Shown here one piece after another: positions 28,514 to 39,029 of a DNA stretch of 64,000 nt (position 1 is its first letter; every line of letters begins with the position of its first letter). The position numbers were made by a program, and so were the translations under genes. The stretch is from positions 255,936 through 319,935 of the forward strand of contig JBDRCO010000003.1 of the NCBI GenBank assembly GCA_043821645.1. Direction: 5' to 3'. The notes beneath the pieces are model-generated. The model saw only the letters and a program-made list of their open reading frames with translations. It searched no databases and had not been told where the DNA came from. The DNA is from Pseudomonadota bacterium. GTDB taxonomy: Bacteria > Myxococcota > JACRCW01 > JAFGSX01.

Positions 28514-31198
28514 ATGTTCTTCGAGCAGTTCAAGCAGCAGCTTCCTGACGCCGATCCGCTGGAGACCAAGGAGTGGGTCGACTCCCTCGACGAGGTGGTG
28601 CAGCGCGGTGGCAAGACCCGCGCCCAGTACCTGCTGTACAAGATGCTCAAGCGCGCGCGCATGCTGCACCTGGACATGCCGCCGACGACGCAGACGCGCT
28701 ACGTCAACACCATCAGCCCCGAGCAGGAACCGGCCTTTCCCGGAGACGAGGACCTGGAGCGCCGTATCCGACGCCTGGTGCGCTGGAACGCGGTCGCCAT
28801 GGTGCACCGCGCCAATGTGCGCCACGCCGGCCTGGGGGGGCATCTGTCGTCCTACGCCTCGGCAGCCAGCCTGTACGAGGTCGGCTTCAACCACTTCTTT
28901 CGCGGACCCGCCGCCGAGGGTGGGGGTGACCACGTCTATTTTCAGGGCCACTCGGCACCCGGGATCTACGCCCGGGCCTTTCTCGAGGGCCGATTGAGCG
29001 AGGACCAGCTCGACCACTTCCGTCGCGAGAGTGGTGGTCACGGCCTGTCGAGTTATCCGCACCCGCGCCTGCTCCCCGATTTCTGGGAGTTTCCCACCGT
29101 ATCCATGGGGCTGGCGAGCCTCAACGCCATCTATCGCGCACGCTTTTTGCGCTACGTGAACGGCCGAGGCCTGGCCGACACATCAAGGAGACGGGTCTGG
29201 GCCTTTCTTGGTGACGGCGAGATGGACGAGCCCGAGTCCCTGAGTGCCCTGTCCCTGGCTGCCCGCGAGGGACTGGATAACCTGATCTTCGTCGTCAACT
29301 GTAACCTCCAGCGCCTGGACGGCCCGGTGCGCGGCAACGGCAAGATCATCCAGGAACTCGAGAGCATCTTCCGCGGCGCGGGCTGGCACGTGCTCAAGGT
29401 GCTGTGGGGTCGTGAGTGGGATCCCCTGCTGGCCCAGGACGTCGACGGCGCGCTGGTACACAAGATGAACGAGACCCTGGATGGCGACTGGCAGCACTAT
29501 GCGGTCGAGAGTGGGGCCTACATTCGCGAGAACTTCTTCGGTCCGGATCCGCGCCTGCAACAGCTCGTGGCCGGGCATTCCGACGACGACCTGGTGCGGC
29601 TGCGCCGCGGTGGTCACGACTACCGCAAACTCTACGCGGCCTACAAGGTGGCGGTGGAGCTCGAGGGCAAACCCGTGGTGATCCTGGCCCAGACCGTCAA
29701 GGGCTGGACCCTGGGTGGCGACGTCGAGGGGCGCAACGTCACCCACCAGATCAAGAAGCTCAGTGAGCAGGAGCTGCGTGTGTTCCGCGACCGCCTGCAG
29801 CTTCCCATCCCCGACGACAAGATCCAGCAGGCACCGTATTTTCACCCGGGCCCCGAGAGCGAGGAGATGCAGTACCTGCTCGAGCGGCGACGCGTGCTCG
29901 GAGGCCCCGTCCCGTCGCGCCGGGTGGTGCAGGTTCCGCTGAGCTTGCCCGCAGCGCCGCTGTACGCGGAGTTCCAGCAGGGGACTGGCGACAAGCTCGA
30001 AGTCTCGACGACCATGGCCGCGGTGCGACTGCTGCGCAAGCTGATGAAGGACCGCGTGCTGGGCCCCCACATCGTACCCATCATCCCCGACGAGGCGCGG
30101 ACCTTTGGCATGGATCCGCTGTTCAGCGAGTTCAAGATCTACAGCCCCGTGGGCCAGCGCTACACGCCGGTGGACGCCGAATTTCTGATCTCATACCGCG
30201 AGGCCAGCGACGGGCAGATCCTGCAGGAGGGCATCAACGAGGCGGGCGGCCTGGCCTCGTTCACGGCAGCGGGCACCAGCCACAGCAGCCTGGGCGTGCC
30301 CATGGTTCCCTTTTTTCTCTTCTACTCCATGTTCGGCTTTCAGCGCGTAGCGGACCTGATCTGGGCCTTCGCCGATGCCCGCGGACGCGGCTTCCTGCTC
30401 GGCGGCACCGCAGGCCGTACCACCCTGAACGGGGAGGGATTGCAGCACCAGGATGGCCACTCCTTGCTCTTCGCCTCCACCGTTCCCTCCTGTCTGGCCT
30501 ATGACCCGGCCTTTGCCTACGAGGTCGCGGTCATCGTCGAGGACGGCTTGCGGCGCATGTTCGAGCACGGCGAGGACGTCTTTTACTACCTGACCCTGTA
30601 CAACGAAGCGCACACCATGCCGGCCATGCCCGAGGGCAGTCGCGATGGCATCCTCCGGGGGCTGTACCGGGTTCAGCCGGGCAGGGGCGACGGCACGCAC
30701 CGGGTGCAGTTGCTCGGTTCGGGCCCCCTGCTGCGCGAGGCCCTGCGGGCCCAGGCCATCCTCGCGGACAGGTTCGACGTGACCGCGGACGTGTGGAGCG
30801 CGACCTCTTACGGCGAGCTCCGGCGGGACGCCCTGAGCTGCGAGCGCCACAATCGCTTGCAGCCGAGCACGGCGCCGCGCGTGCCCTTCGTGACACAGCA
30901 GCTTCTCGAGACCGCGGGACCTGTGGTGGCCGTCAGCGACAACATCCGCAGCGTGCCCGACCTGATCGCGCGCTGGGTCCCCCGGACCTTCGTGACCCTG
31001 GGTACCGATGGTTTCGGCCGCTCGGATACCCGCGAGGCCCTGCGTCGCTTCTACGAGGTCGACGCCGAGCACATCACCCTGGCCGCGCTGTCGGCCCTGG
31101 CCCGCGAAGGAAGCCTGCGTGTCGAGACAGTGTCCGAGGCTCTGGCTACACTGGAACTCGACCCGTCCGTCGAGGACCCGTTCCACTCGACGCGCTAG
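28514..31198 (+). CDS. aceE: Pyruvate dehydrogenase E1, homodimeric type
   Basis: DPLETKEW, GGHLSSYAS, FQGHSAPG, FPTVSMG, GDGEMDEPES, NLQRLDGPV, GEGLQHQDG, LGTDGFGRSD. Confidence 0.96.
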   Translation: MFFEQFKQQLPDADPLETKEWVDSLDEVVQRGGKTRAQYLLYKMLKRARMLHLDMPPTTQTRYVNTISPEQEPAFPGDEDLERRIRRLVRWNAVAMVHRANVRHAGLGGHLSSYASAASLYEVGFNHFFRGPAAEGGGDHVYFQGHSAPGIYARAFLEGRLSEDQLDHFRRESGGHGLSSYPHPRLLPDFWEFPTVSMGLASLNAIYRARFLRYVNGRGLADTSRRRVWAFLGDGEMDEPESLSALSLAAREGLDNLIFVVNCNLQRLDGPVRGNGKIIQELESIFRGAGWHVLKVLWGREWDPLLAQDVDGALVHKMNETLDGDWQHYAVESGAYIRENFFGPDPRLQQLVAGHSDDDLVRLRRGGHDYRKLYAAYKVAVELEGKPVVILAQTVKGWTLGGDVEGRNVTHQIKKLSEQELRVFRDRLQLPIPDDKIQQAPYFHPGPESEEMQYLLERRRVLGGPVPSRRVVQVPLSLPAAPLYAEFQQGTGDKLEVSTTMAAVRLLRKLMKDRVLGPHIVPIIPDEARTFGMDPLFSEFKIYSPVGQRYTPVDAEFLISYREASDGQILQEGINEAGGLASFTAAGTSHSSLGVPMVPFFLFYSMFGFQRVADLIWAFADARGRGFLLGGTAGRTTLNGEGLQHQDGHSLLFASTVPSCLAYDPAFAYEVAVIVEDGLRRMFEHGEDVFYYLTLYNEAHTMPAMPEGSRDGILRGLYRVQPGRGDGTHRVQLLGSGPLLREALRAQAILADRFDVTADVWSATSYGELRRDALSCERHNRLQPSTAPRVPFVTQQLLETAGPVVAVSDNIRSVPDLIARWVPRTFVTLGTDGFGRSDTREALRRFYEVDAEHITLAALSALAREGSLRVETVSEALATLELDPSVEDPFHSTR

Positions 31199-31244
31199 CA
31201 TCGGGAAAAATTTTGCTAGATTGTGGGTCCTGACCGGAGGATCC

Positions 31245-31574
31245 ATGGCCCGCTGCGCGAACTGCCATCAGCACATTCACTACGGGCGTTACTGGTGGAG
31301 CCTGCTCGGCAACGCCGGGCGCAATGCGCGCTCACGACCCAAGATCTCGCCCATCATCACCTGTGGCCACTGCGGTCAGGACAACCTGCAGCAGGTCAAA
31401 TTCGTGGCCCTGCAGTTCCTGCTGCTGGTGCTCGGCGTGTTCGTCCTGCTCGTCGAGGCCGGGGACGAGCTGCGCGAGCGGCCCTTCTTGATCGCGTACT
31501 TCCTGGGCCTGTATCTGGTGGTCGAGTTTCTGTGGTGGACCCTCGTGGCCAGACTCAAGAAACTCGGCGAGTGA
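31245..31574 (+). CDS. Small Zn-ribbon membrane protein
   Basis: CANC...CGHC then two TM helices; GGAGG RBS. Confidence 0.75.
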   Translation: MARCANCHQHIHYGRYWWSLLGNAGRNARSRPKISPIITCGHCGQDNLQQVKFVALQFLLLVLGVFVLLVEAGDELRERPFLIAYFLGLYLVVEFLWWTLVARLKKLGE

Positions 31575-31584
31575 CGACGGACCG

Positions 31585-33153
31585 CTACCAGCGCCAGGGC
31601 CGCAGCGGGGCCCAGGCCTCACCGGCAAAGGGTCCAGCTTCCAGCTCGTCCCAGTAGCTGCGATCCTGCAGGTAGGTGTAGGCAAACAGCACCGTGCCAG
31701 GCGCACCCGCCGCGCGGGTGGCCTCAACCTGATTCGTGATCTCGTCGAAGCTCGTGTAATTGGCCTCGATGCCCGCCAGCACCTGGCGGCCCGGGTTGTT
31801 GTCGACGTGGTCGGCGATCAGGGTGGCGAAGTCGAGGCGCTGGCCCAGCGGGTCGGTGAGCGGCCAGTAAATCATGGGCACGATGGCATCGATGTAGCGG
31901 CCCGCGGTCCACGCTCGCGAGTCCTGGTAGTAGTCCACCACACCCTGCGACACCGAGGACCAGCCCCAGATGTTGCGATAAATCCCCCACACCGCAGCGG
32001 ACAGCGTGGCCGAGGGTCGCACACCCAGCAGCACCTCGAAGATGTCTCGCACCGTGGCGTTGACCTGGCGCCGCTGCCAGTCGTCCCAGGTCAGGGTGCT
32101 GTCCAGAGCCTGGGCCTCGGCAAACAGCGCCTCGCTCACGGCGTCGTGGCTGAACTGGCGGCCCGGGTATCGGATGTAGTCGAGGTGGAGGCCGTCGACG
32201 TCATACTGGGTCAGGATCTCCTCGGCCACCGCGGCCAGGTGCGCACGAACCTCGGGAATGCCAGGACTCAGGGTCACGTAGCCCGAAGTGCAGTTCCCCA
32301 GCATGCTGGTGCCGGAACTGTCCACCACGACCCACTCGGGATGGGTTTCGAGAATGTGCGGCACGCCGCTCGAAGACGGCAGGGCGACGCCGCAGCTCCA
32401 GGCTGGAAACGTATTGATCCAGGCGTGAACCTCGATGCCGACGGCGTGCGCCTCGCTGATCGCCGTTCGCAAGGGATCCCATCCCGGGTCCTGGCCAAGG
32501 GTCCCGCTCAGGCGGTCCGCCCAGGGTTCCAGGGTCGAAGCGTAGTAGGCGTCGGCGGCGCCGCGGACCTGGAAGTACATCTGGTTCACTCCGGCGGCCG
32601 CGAGCTGGGCCACGATCTGCTGCACGTGCGCCTGGGTGCTGTAGTTCCAGCGGGTGACCCACACGCCCCTGGCTTCGAAGGACTCGGGCGGCAGCACGTC
32701 GAGAGCGCAGGGAGGGCTGTCGACACCATCCAGCGAGGCCACCAGCTCAGCCTGGCCTGCTGCCAGCGCCAGCACCTCCCCGCTGGCCACCGAGGCCACG
32801 GTCGAGGGCAGCACGCTCCAGCTCACGCGGTCGGTGACGTCGAACTCCTGGCTGCCGCTGGCCTGCCCGAGCACGCGCAGGGGATGGCTCATCCCTGGGG
32901 CCAGGCGCAGGCTCGCGGGCTCCACGCGCAGGCCGAGCACAGTGAGCCCGCCCAGGTCCGTCGCTGTCGCATCCACCGCGCTCGACGTGTCACTGCTCGT
33001 GAGATCCGCGAGGGGTGCATCGGCGCTGCCCGCGTCCGCACTGGCGTCCGTCGTCCCGCCGGCATCGAGCGAGGAGGCGTCCAGCTCGGGATCCGAGTCA
33101 ACGCCCGGACAGGCTGTCAGCGCCAGCATCCAAAAAGCGACAAAGACACGCAT
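31585..33153 (-). CDS. GHL10 (YddW/DigH-like) glycoside hydrolase lipoprotein with Ig-like domain
   Basis: Lipobox LTAC; Ig-like segment; EARGVWV, FQVR, DPL..AISEAH..GIEVHAW, YDVDGLHLDYIRY, PMIY. Confidence 0.88.
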   Translation of the reverse strand: MRVFVAFWMLALTACPGVDSDPELDASSLDAGGTTDASADAGSADAPLADLTSSDTSSAVDATATDLGGLTVLGLRVEPASLRLAPGMSHPLRVLGQASGSQEFDVTDRVSWSVLPSTVASVASGEVLALAAGQAELVASLDGVDSPPCALDVLPPESFEARGVWVTRWNYSTQAHVQQIVAQLAAAGVNQMYFQVRGAADAYYASTLEPWADRLSGTLGQDPGWDPLRTAISEAHAVGIEVHAWINTFPAWSCGVALPSSSGVPHILETHPEWVVVDSSGTSMLGNCTSGYVTLSPGIPEVRAHLAAVAEEILTQYDVDGLHLDYIRYPGRQFSHDAVSEALFAEAQALDSTLTWDDWQRRQVNATVRDIFEVLLGVRPSATLSAAVWGIYRNIWGWSSVSQGVVDYYQDSRAWTAGRYIDAIVPMIYWPLTDPLGQRLDFATLIADHVDNNPGRQVLAGIEANYTSFDEITNQVEATRAAGAPGTVLFAYTYLQDRSYWDELEAGPFAGEAWAPLRPWRW

Positions 33154-33238
33154 GGCACGAACCTCATCTCGCGGAAGCTCCGGCGAGCATGGCCCGGTCG
33201 CGGCACGCCGGCCATCCGTAAGCAGGGGGACGACGCGC

Positions 33239-33787
33239 TCAGTCGCAGTAGGCGCTCTGCCCTGCATCGCTGCTGTAGTCCTGACAGGTGGACTCCGCTC
33301 TGTCGTGGGAGCACAGGCGCGAGGTCTCGTAGCCGTCGACGCAGGTGATCAGGCTCTGCTCCGCGCAGTGGCTGGTGAACTGGGTGCGGTCGCAGGTCGT
33401 CAGGGGATCCATCGCGCAGCGTGGCGCGCTGTCGACGACAAAGCAGCCATTGCCGTGGCCGGCACAGTCCTCGGCCACCCGGTAGCGACTGGCGCAGCGC
33501 ACCACCGAGCCGTCCACGCAGGCCGGCTCCAGGGAGTCCTCGCAGTCCGCCTCGCCCGTCATGGTGCACTGGGCCGTGCGCTCGTCGAGGTTCACACACA
33601 CCGGATTGGGTGCCGTGCAGGTCATCTCGCCCGTCGACGGATCCCCGAGCAACTGGTCGACGCCGAGGGTGCAGAACTTGAGGATATTGCCCTCGCACTG
33701 GGTCTCGTAGGGGCAGCGCGCGCAGCCGACCTGTGCCAGGGCAATGACAAGGGCAAGAACCAACAGGGACAGGTCTCGCAGGCGCAT
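33239..33787 (-). CDS. Cys-rich lipoprotein
   Basis: Lipobox QVGC; about 20 Cys in repeated modules; GGAGG RBS. Confidence 0.8.
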   Translation of the reverse strand: MRLRDLSLLVLALVIALAQVGCARCPYETQCEGNILKFCTLGVDQLLGDPSTGEMTCTAPNPVCVNLDERTAQCTMTGEADCEDSLEPACVDGSVVRCASRYRVAEDCAGHGNGCFVVDSAPRCAMDPLTTCDRTQFTSHCAEQSLITCVDGYETSRLCSHDRAESTCQDYSSDAGQSAYCD

Positions 33788-34004
33788 CGTGTCCTCCCGT
33801 GCGGTGAGCTACACCTCGCATCGCACGCTACATTGGCAGGTCCAGCGTGGCTCTGACAACCGACCATGCGTCGCTCGCGATGTGGGTCCCCCGTCCGCAT
33901 GACCTCTCGCAGGGCGCGAGGGAGGGGGGCGTCGACAGGAGGCTTCGAGCTGTCTACAATACGTGAAAATGATTCTGGATTTCGAACGTTCGGGGCGTCG
34001 CCAC

Positions 34005-37000
34005 ATGGCAGCACAAGATCCATCGGCACCATCATTCATTGGCCTGTGGGCGTTTGCGCTGCTGCTTGCGGTGACGCTCATGCCCGCCTGCGATGCTTGT
34101 GGCAGTCCGGCGGGTCGCTGCCAGCAATCCGCGGAGTGCAGCGGGAGCCAGATATGCGTGGCAGGATCGTGCCGCACGCCATGCAACAATCGGAGCGATT
34201 GCAGCGCGAGCGAGCACTGCGTGCAGGGGGCCTGTCTTCCTGTGGTTGATGCTGGCCCGGGCGATTCGGCGCTCGTCGACACGGCCAGTGCAGATCGCGC
34301 TGCAGATGCATCCCTGTCGGATGCCGTGGCGGTCGACAGGGCTGTGTCCGATGCCGCCGCTGGCGACGTCCCACCGGGGGACTCTGGACCTGTCACCGAG
34401 GCTGGTTCTGACGCCACCGTGGACAGTGGCTGGGATGCAGGTCGGCCTCCGCCTCTGGACTGGTGGCATTCGAGCTGGCGCCATCGTCACCCCATCGACA
34501 TCGACACCTCGTGGCTCGACGAGGACCTGCGCGATGTGCCCATGCCGCTGCGCCTGGCGTCGAGCGATCTGTCCCCCCTCGATGTGGACGCCGAGGCCGC
34601 GGACCTGCGCTTCGTCGACGATGTGGGCGCTGCGCTTCCCTACGAGATCGAGCGCTGGGATCCGCAGCACGGCTCGCTGGTGTGGGTGCTACTGCCCGAG
34701 GTGGTGTCCGGATCCGACGTGCACAGGATCTGGCTGTACCACGGTAACCCTCTGGCCACGGACTGGCAGGACGCGGACCAGGTGTGGCGCGACGGCTTCG
34801 AGGCCGTGTGGCACCTCGATGAGAGCTTGCGCGAGTCGAGCGGACGGCTGCCTCCTGGCACGCGCGCGGGCGCCGTCGAGGGACCCGGCATCCTTGGGCC
34901 GGCCATGGAGCTGGCCGGGGATCCTGCCCATGCCATTCTCGGCACCAATCCAGACCTCCTGCGTTCAGTCTCTCAGACCACGCTTGAAGCCTGGGTGCGC
35001 AAGGCCAACCCGGCCACCACCGGCAACATGTGGATCGTGAGCATCTCGACCTTCTCGAGCCCACCTGGCACCAATTCCAGGGCCACCTTTGCCATTGCCA
35101 ACACCGACGAGATTGGCGTCTGGGGCCGGCCACTGGATCTGGGGGGCTACGAAACCCTGCTGAGCACGACGAGCCCCATCCAGGATGCCGACTGGCACCA
35201 GATCGTCGGCAGCATCGATCTCGCCAGGGGGGAGATGGCCCTGCACCTCGACGGCGAGCCACTGCGCCGGGACAGTTTTTCTTTCGCCAGCGACGTGACC
35301 CATCACCTGCCGCCCAAGGTCGTGGTGCTCGGGTCCCAGGACGACCTCAGTGAGGGCTACCTGCAGGGTGGCATCGACGAGCTTCGGGTCTCCCGCGTGC
35401 TGCGCAGCGATGCCTGGATTCGCTTCCAGTACATGGCGGTGTCCGGAGCCATCGTGCACCTGGGTGCCGTCGACAGCATTGGACAGTATCCCACCGGTCA
35501 GGCACCCCAGGCCGTGGACGACCTCGCTGTCACCGACGAGGACACGGATGTGCTTGTCGATGTGCTGGCCAACGACGTGGAGCCAGATGGCGAGGCGCTG
35601 CGCATCCTCAGTTTCACGGACGGTGCCAGCGGAACCGTCGGGATCGTGTCCGGGACCCTGCTGCACTACCAACCCTTTGCCGACGCCAATGGCCAGGATC
35701 AGTTCAGCTACGCCATCAGCGACGGCTTCAATGGCATCTCGGTGGCGCAGGTCCAGGTGACCGTGGTCGCCGTCCCGGACGCGCCCCGGCCAGCAGACGA
35801 CGTCGTGGGTGTGGTCCCGGGCGGAAGCGTGAACGTCGCGGTGCTCGACAACGATTTTGAGGCGGACGGTGAGGTCCTCAGTGTCAGTACAGTGGGCACG
35901 CCAGATCACGGCACCGCCACCCTGCAGCCAGATGACAGGATCCTGTACGCCCCGCCCTCAGGCTACGCGGGACCGGCGCGCTTCTCCTATCGCGCGGCCG
36001 ATCCCGGCGGCCTCGATGCCGAGGCCTGGGTCGACGTGGTCGTTCATCCCTCGGCAGTGAGCCTGCGCTTTGTCGAGGAGGGCGCAGCGCGCGGTTTCGT
36101 GACAGCGGATCCATCCTTCGGGCAGGCCTGGGCAGATGTGGACCGTGACGGCTGGACCGACGTGTGGCTCGGCGGCAGTGGACGCTTGCTGCGCAACGAC
36201 CACGGGTCCTTTGAAGCCTGGACTGTGCTCGCCGGCGACCGCGGTGGCTTCTTCGCGGATCCGGACAACGATGGCGACCTGGATCTGCTCACCACCAATG
36301 CCGGTAGCTTCTACGAGTGGACCGGTGTGGATTTCGTCGACGTGGGCGAGGCGGCGGGACTGACCGGATCCAACCTGGGCTCGGCCGTCTGGTTCGACCT
36401 CGACCGCGATGGGTGGAACGACGTCTTCTTCCCCAATGGAAACGATCCCTTCCTCGAGGTCCGGCACAACCGGGGGCAGCGACCGGTCTCCTTCGAGGTC
36501 CTGGATGCTCTGACCATGGGATTCCCCGCCACGGTGGGCAATGGAGAGTGCTCGACGGGTGCCGACGTCGATGACGACGGCGATGTGGACCTGTGGGTCA
36601 ACGGCGCCACCCAGGGCTTCCTGCTCATCAACCAGGGCAATGGCAGCTTCCTCGACATGTCCGCCACGGCCGGCGTGGTGCACACCTACACAGATCCCTA
36701 CTCCGGTGTGGCCTTTGGCGACTGTGACAACGACGGCGATCAGGACCTCTTTCTGGGGCACCAATCAGGACGCAACAACAGGCTCTACATCAACGACGGG
36801 AGCGGCAGCTTTTCCCGATCCAACCAGCTGTACTGGGATACCGGCAAGACGCTCGGCGTGGCCTGGGGCGACCTTGACGGCGATGGCTGGCTGGACCTCG
36901 TGGTGGCCAACGCGAACAGCCAGGATGAGGTCTTCCTCAATCTGGGCAACTGCCGTTTCGTGGGGGCGGGAGACCTGCTGGGCCTCGATCCGCAGAGACT

Positions 37001-37433
37001 CCCGACGACGTCCATATTACCCGTCGACGTCGACAACGATGGAGATCTGGACCTGGCCATCGCCCGCGACGGCGTGCCTGATGCTCTGTGGCTCAACCAG
37101 CTCGACAGCCCGGACTTCTTGCGCGTGATCGTCCATGGCGCAGGGGCTGGCAACGCGTCGCGAGATGGCATTGGCACGCGCGTGCGCCTGCTTGCCAGCG
37201 GTGGCGGCACGATGCTGGGTGAGCGCGTGGTCGGAGGGGGCGAGGGTTATGCCTCGCACCAGCTCGCGCCCCTGCACTTCGGGCTCCGCAGCGCGGGTGG
37301 CGCCAGCGCGAGCTACGAGCTGCAGATCCGCTTTGCCGACGGTGAGGAGAGGAGTGTGTTCGTGACCCCGGCACAGGAGCAGGCGGTGATCGGCACCACC
37401 ACTCTGCTCAACACCGTCGAGATCCAGCAGTGA
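34005..37433 (+). CDS. Large exported adhesin-like protein: Cys-rich, DUF2341, LamG, two cadherin-like Ig, FG-GAP/VCBS repeats, ASPIC/UnbV-like end
   Basis: DLRFVD..LPYEIERWD (DUF2341); WHQI..GGIDELRVS (LamG); AVDD..DED..DVLAND; repeated DxDxDGxxDL; C-terminal GIGTRV..GYAS..LHFGL. Confidence 0.88.
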   Translation: MAAQDPSAPSFIGLWAFALLLAVTLMPACDACGSPAGRCQQSAECSGSQICVAGSCRTPCNNRSDCSASEHCVQGACLPVVDAGPGDSALVDTASADRAADASLSDAVAVDRAVSDAAAGDVPPGDSGPVTEAGSDATVDSGWDAGRPPPLDWWHSSWRHRHPIDIDTSWLDEDLRDVPMPLRLASSDLSPLDVDAEAADLRFVDDVGAALPYEIERWDPQHGSLVWVLLPEVVSGSDVHRIWLYHGNPLATDWQDADQVWRDGFEAVWHLDESLRESSGRLPPGTRAGAVEGPGILGPAMELAGDPAHAILGTNPDLLRSVSQTTLEAWVRKANPATTGNMWIVSISTFSSPPGTNSRATFAIANTDEIGVWGRPLDLGGYETLLSTTSPIQDADWHQIVGSIDLARGEMALHLDGEPLRRDSFSFASDVTHHLPPKVVVLGSQDDLSEGYLQGGIDELRVSRVLRSDAWIRFQYMAVSGAIVHLGAVDSIGQYPTGQAPQAVDDLAVTDEDTDVLVDVLANDVEPDGEALRILSFTDGASGTVGIVSGTLLHYQPFADANGQDQFSYAISDGFNGISVAQVQVTVVAVPDAPRPADDVVGVVPGGSVNVAVLDNDFEADGEVLSVSTVGTPDHGTATLQPDDRILYAPPSGYAGPARFSYRAADPGGLDAEAWVDVVVHPSAVSLRFVEEGAARGFVTADPSFGQAWADVDRDGWTDVWLGGSGRLLRNDHGSFEAWTVLAGDRGGFFADPDNDGDLDLLTTNAGSFYEWTGVDFVDVGEAAGLTGSNLGSAVWFDLDRDGWNDVFFPNGNDPFLEVRHNRGQRPVSFEVLDALTMGFPATVGNGECSTGADVDDDGDVDLWVNGATQGFLLINQGNGSFLDMSATAGVVHTYTDPYSGVAFGDCDNDGDQDLFLGHQSGRNNRLYINDGSGSFSRSNQLYWDTGKTLGVAWGDLDGDGWLDLVVANANSQDEVFLNLGNCRFVGAGDLLGLDPQRLPTTSILPVDVDNDGDLDLAIARDGVPDALWLNQLDSPDFLRVIVHGAGAGNASRDGIGTRVRLLASGGGTMLGERVVGGGEGYASHQLAPLHFGLRSAGGASASYELQIRFADGEERSVFVTPAQEQAVIGTTTLLNTVEIQQ

Positions 37434-37451
37434 CCCGTTCCGCCGGGGACC

Positions 37452-38300
37452 TCACTCGCCAGAACGGCCCCAGCGCAGGGACACGAAGCGCTGCACCAGC
37501 TCGGGATCGGGTGCGAAGGGATTGTCGAAGGCGAGTGGTGGCTCGAGAGTCAGCGCATCGTAAAAAGGAGTCGCGCCCAGTTTCTGGTTGTAGGCGTGCA
37601 CCAGCAGGCGCTCCAGTCCGATCACGTCGGCCACGTTGTATGCCAGCAGCGTGTCCAGCACCGATCTGTCATGGCTGCGCTGGTACTCCTGCCACAGCAG
37701 CACCGCGAAGTAGCCGTCGACGCCGTCGAGACCCTCGCGCGCCACGCCTAGCAGCTTCTCCACGACCTTGAGGCCGCCTTTGTAGCCCAGCGAGCGCAGC
37801 ACGAAACGCAGGTCAATGTGCGCCTGCGGCAGGCGCATGCGGAACTGGCGCTCGATGACAGGGACGTCGAAGCAGCGTCCGTTGAAGGTGACGAGCACGT
37901 CGTATTCCGCGATGGCATCCTCGAAGTCCAGCAGGTTCTCGCCCTGGACAAAGGTCTGCACCCGGCGGCCGTCGAAGATGCCGATACAGGTGATGCCATC
38001 GCTGTCGTCGGAAAGGCCCGTGGTCTCGATGTCCAGGTAGGCCACGCGATCGCGAAAGTGCCCGAACAGGCGCCAGGTCTCGGCGGCCGGTAGCAGCTCC
38101 GAGAAATAGCGGGCGTCCCGATCGGCCAGCCGCTGTCGTGAGGTCGCCAATTGATCTGGCGCCATGCTCGCTGCGGGGCCGCGCAGAGGAATCGGATCCA
38201 GGCTCAGCAGGTCATGCCAGGTGTGGATGCCCCGACGCCACAACGCCTTTTCGGTCTTGAGACCCACGCCGGGCAGGTGACAGAAGGTGTGTTCGAGCAC
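37452..38300 (-). CDS. YprB/RNase H-like 3'-5' exonuclease with N-terminal HhH
   Basis: LPGVGLKTE, YLDIETTGL, TFNGRCFDVP, HIDL, GGLKVVE, YNVADV. Confidence 0.9.
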   Translation of the reverse strand: MLEHTFCHLPGVGLKTEKALWRRGIHTWHDLLSLDPIPLRGPAASMAPDQLATSRQRLADRDARYFSELLPAAETWRLFGHFRDRVAYLDIETTGLSDDSDGITCIGIFDGRRVQTFVQGENLLDFEDAIAEYDVLVTFNGRCFDVPVIERQFRMRLPQAHIDLRFVLRSLGYKGGLKVVEKLLGVAREGLDGVDGYFAVLLWQEYQRSHDRSVLDTLLAYNVADVIGLERLLVHAYNQKLGATPFYDALTLEPPLAFDNPFAPDPELVQRFVSLRWGRSGE

Positions 38301-38360
38301 GCCGTCTTGTATATCGCCACTGGCTGAGGCACAACGCTGCGGTGGCAGGGAGGGACGCGC

Positions 38361-38951
38361 ATGACCAGCTCATTGCACCACGATCCCGTTGCGCGCTTCG
38401 GTAAGTGGTATGCGGACGCCCGCGAACGCGGGCTGGCCCAACCCGAGGCCATGGCCCTGGCTACCGCGAGCGCCACCGGGGCCCCGGCCGTGCGCATGGT
38501 CTTGCTCAAGAGCGCGGACCGAGAGGGATTCACGTTCTACACCAACACACTCAGCCGCAAGGGGCGCGAACTCGACAGCAATCCTAGGGCTGCGCTGTGT
38601 TTCTTCTGGGAGGGCTTGGGACGCCAGATCCGGGTGGAGGGATCGGTGGTAAGGGTCGACGACGACGAGGCCGACGCCTACTTCGCCTCCCGTCCTCGCG
38701 ACAGCCAGCTCGGTGCCTGGGCCTCGCTGCAATCCGAACTCCTCGACGACAGGAGCCTGCTCGAGAGCCGCCTCGCCGAGGTCAGACAGCGGCATGGCGA
38801 CGGCGAGGTGTCGCGCCCGCCCCACTGGGGTGGCTACCGCGTGGTGGCCGAGCGGATCGAGTTCTGGCAGCAAGGCGAGGCCCGCCTGCACCACCGCGAG
38901 CTGTACCAGCGCTCCGCTGACGGATGGACGCGCAGCGTGCTCTACCCCTGA
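38361..38951 (+). CDS. pdxH: Pyridoxamine 5'-phosphate oxidase
   Basis: MALAT, RMVLLK, FYTN..SRKG, RQIRVEG, YFASRP..SQLGAWAS, RPPHWGG, EFWQ..RLH. Confidence 0.96.
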   Translation: MTSSLHHDPVARFGKWYADARERGLAQPEAMALATASATGAPAVRMVLLKSADREGFTFYTNTLSRKGRELDSNPRAALCFFWEGLGRQIRVEGSVVRVDDDEADAYFASRPRDSQLGAWASLQSELLDDRSLLESRLAEVRQRHGDGEVSRPPHWGGYRVVAERIEFWQQGEARLHHRELYQRSADGWTRSVLYP

Positions 38952-39029
38952 GCAGGTCGAAAATACTGACCCAGGACCCAGAATTTCTCCTGCTAGGCTC
39001 CGGCTAGGCAGGGTGGACGGAGGGCGGCT

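Noticed and set aside
37452-38300. YprB-like nuclease as part of an MrfAB repair or anti-phage module
   Set aside because: No helicase or defence gene adjacent; neighbours are pdxH and an adhesin
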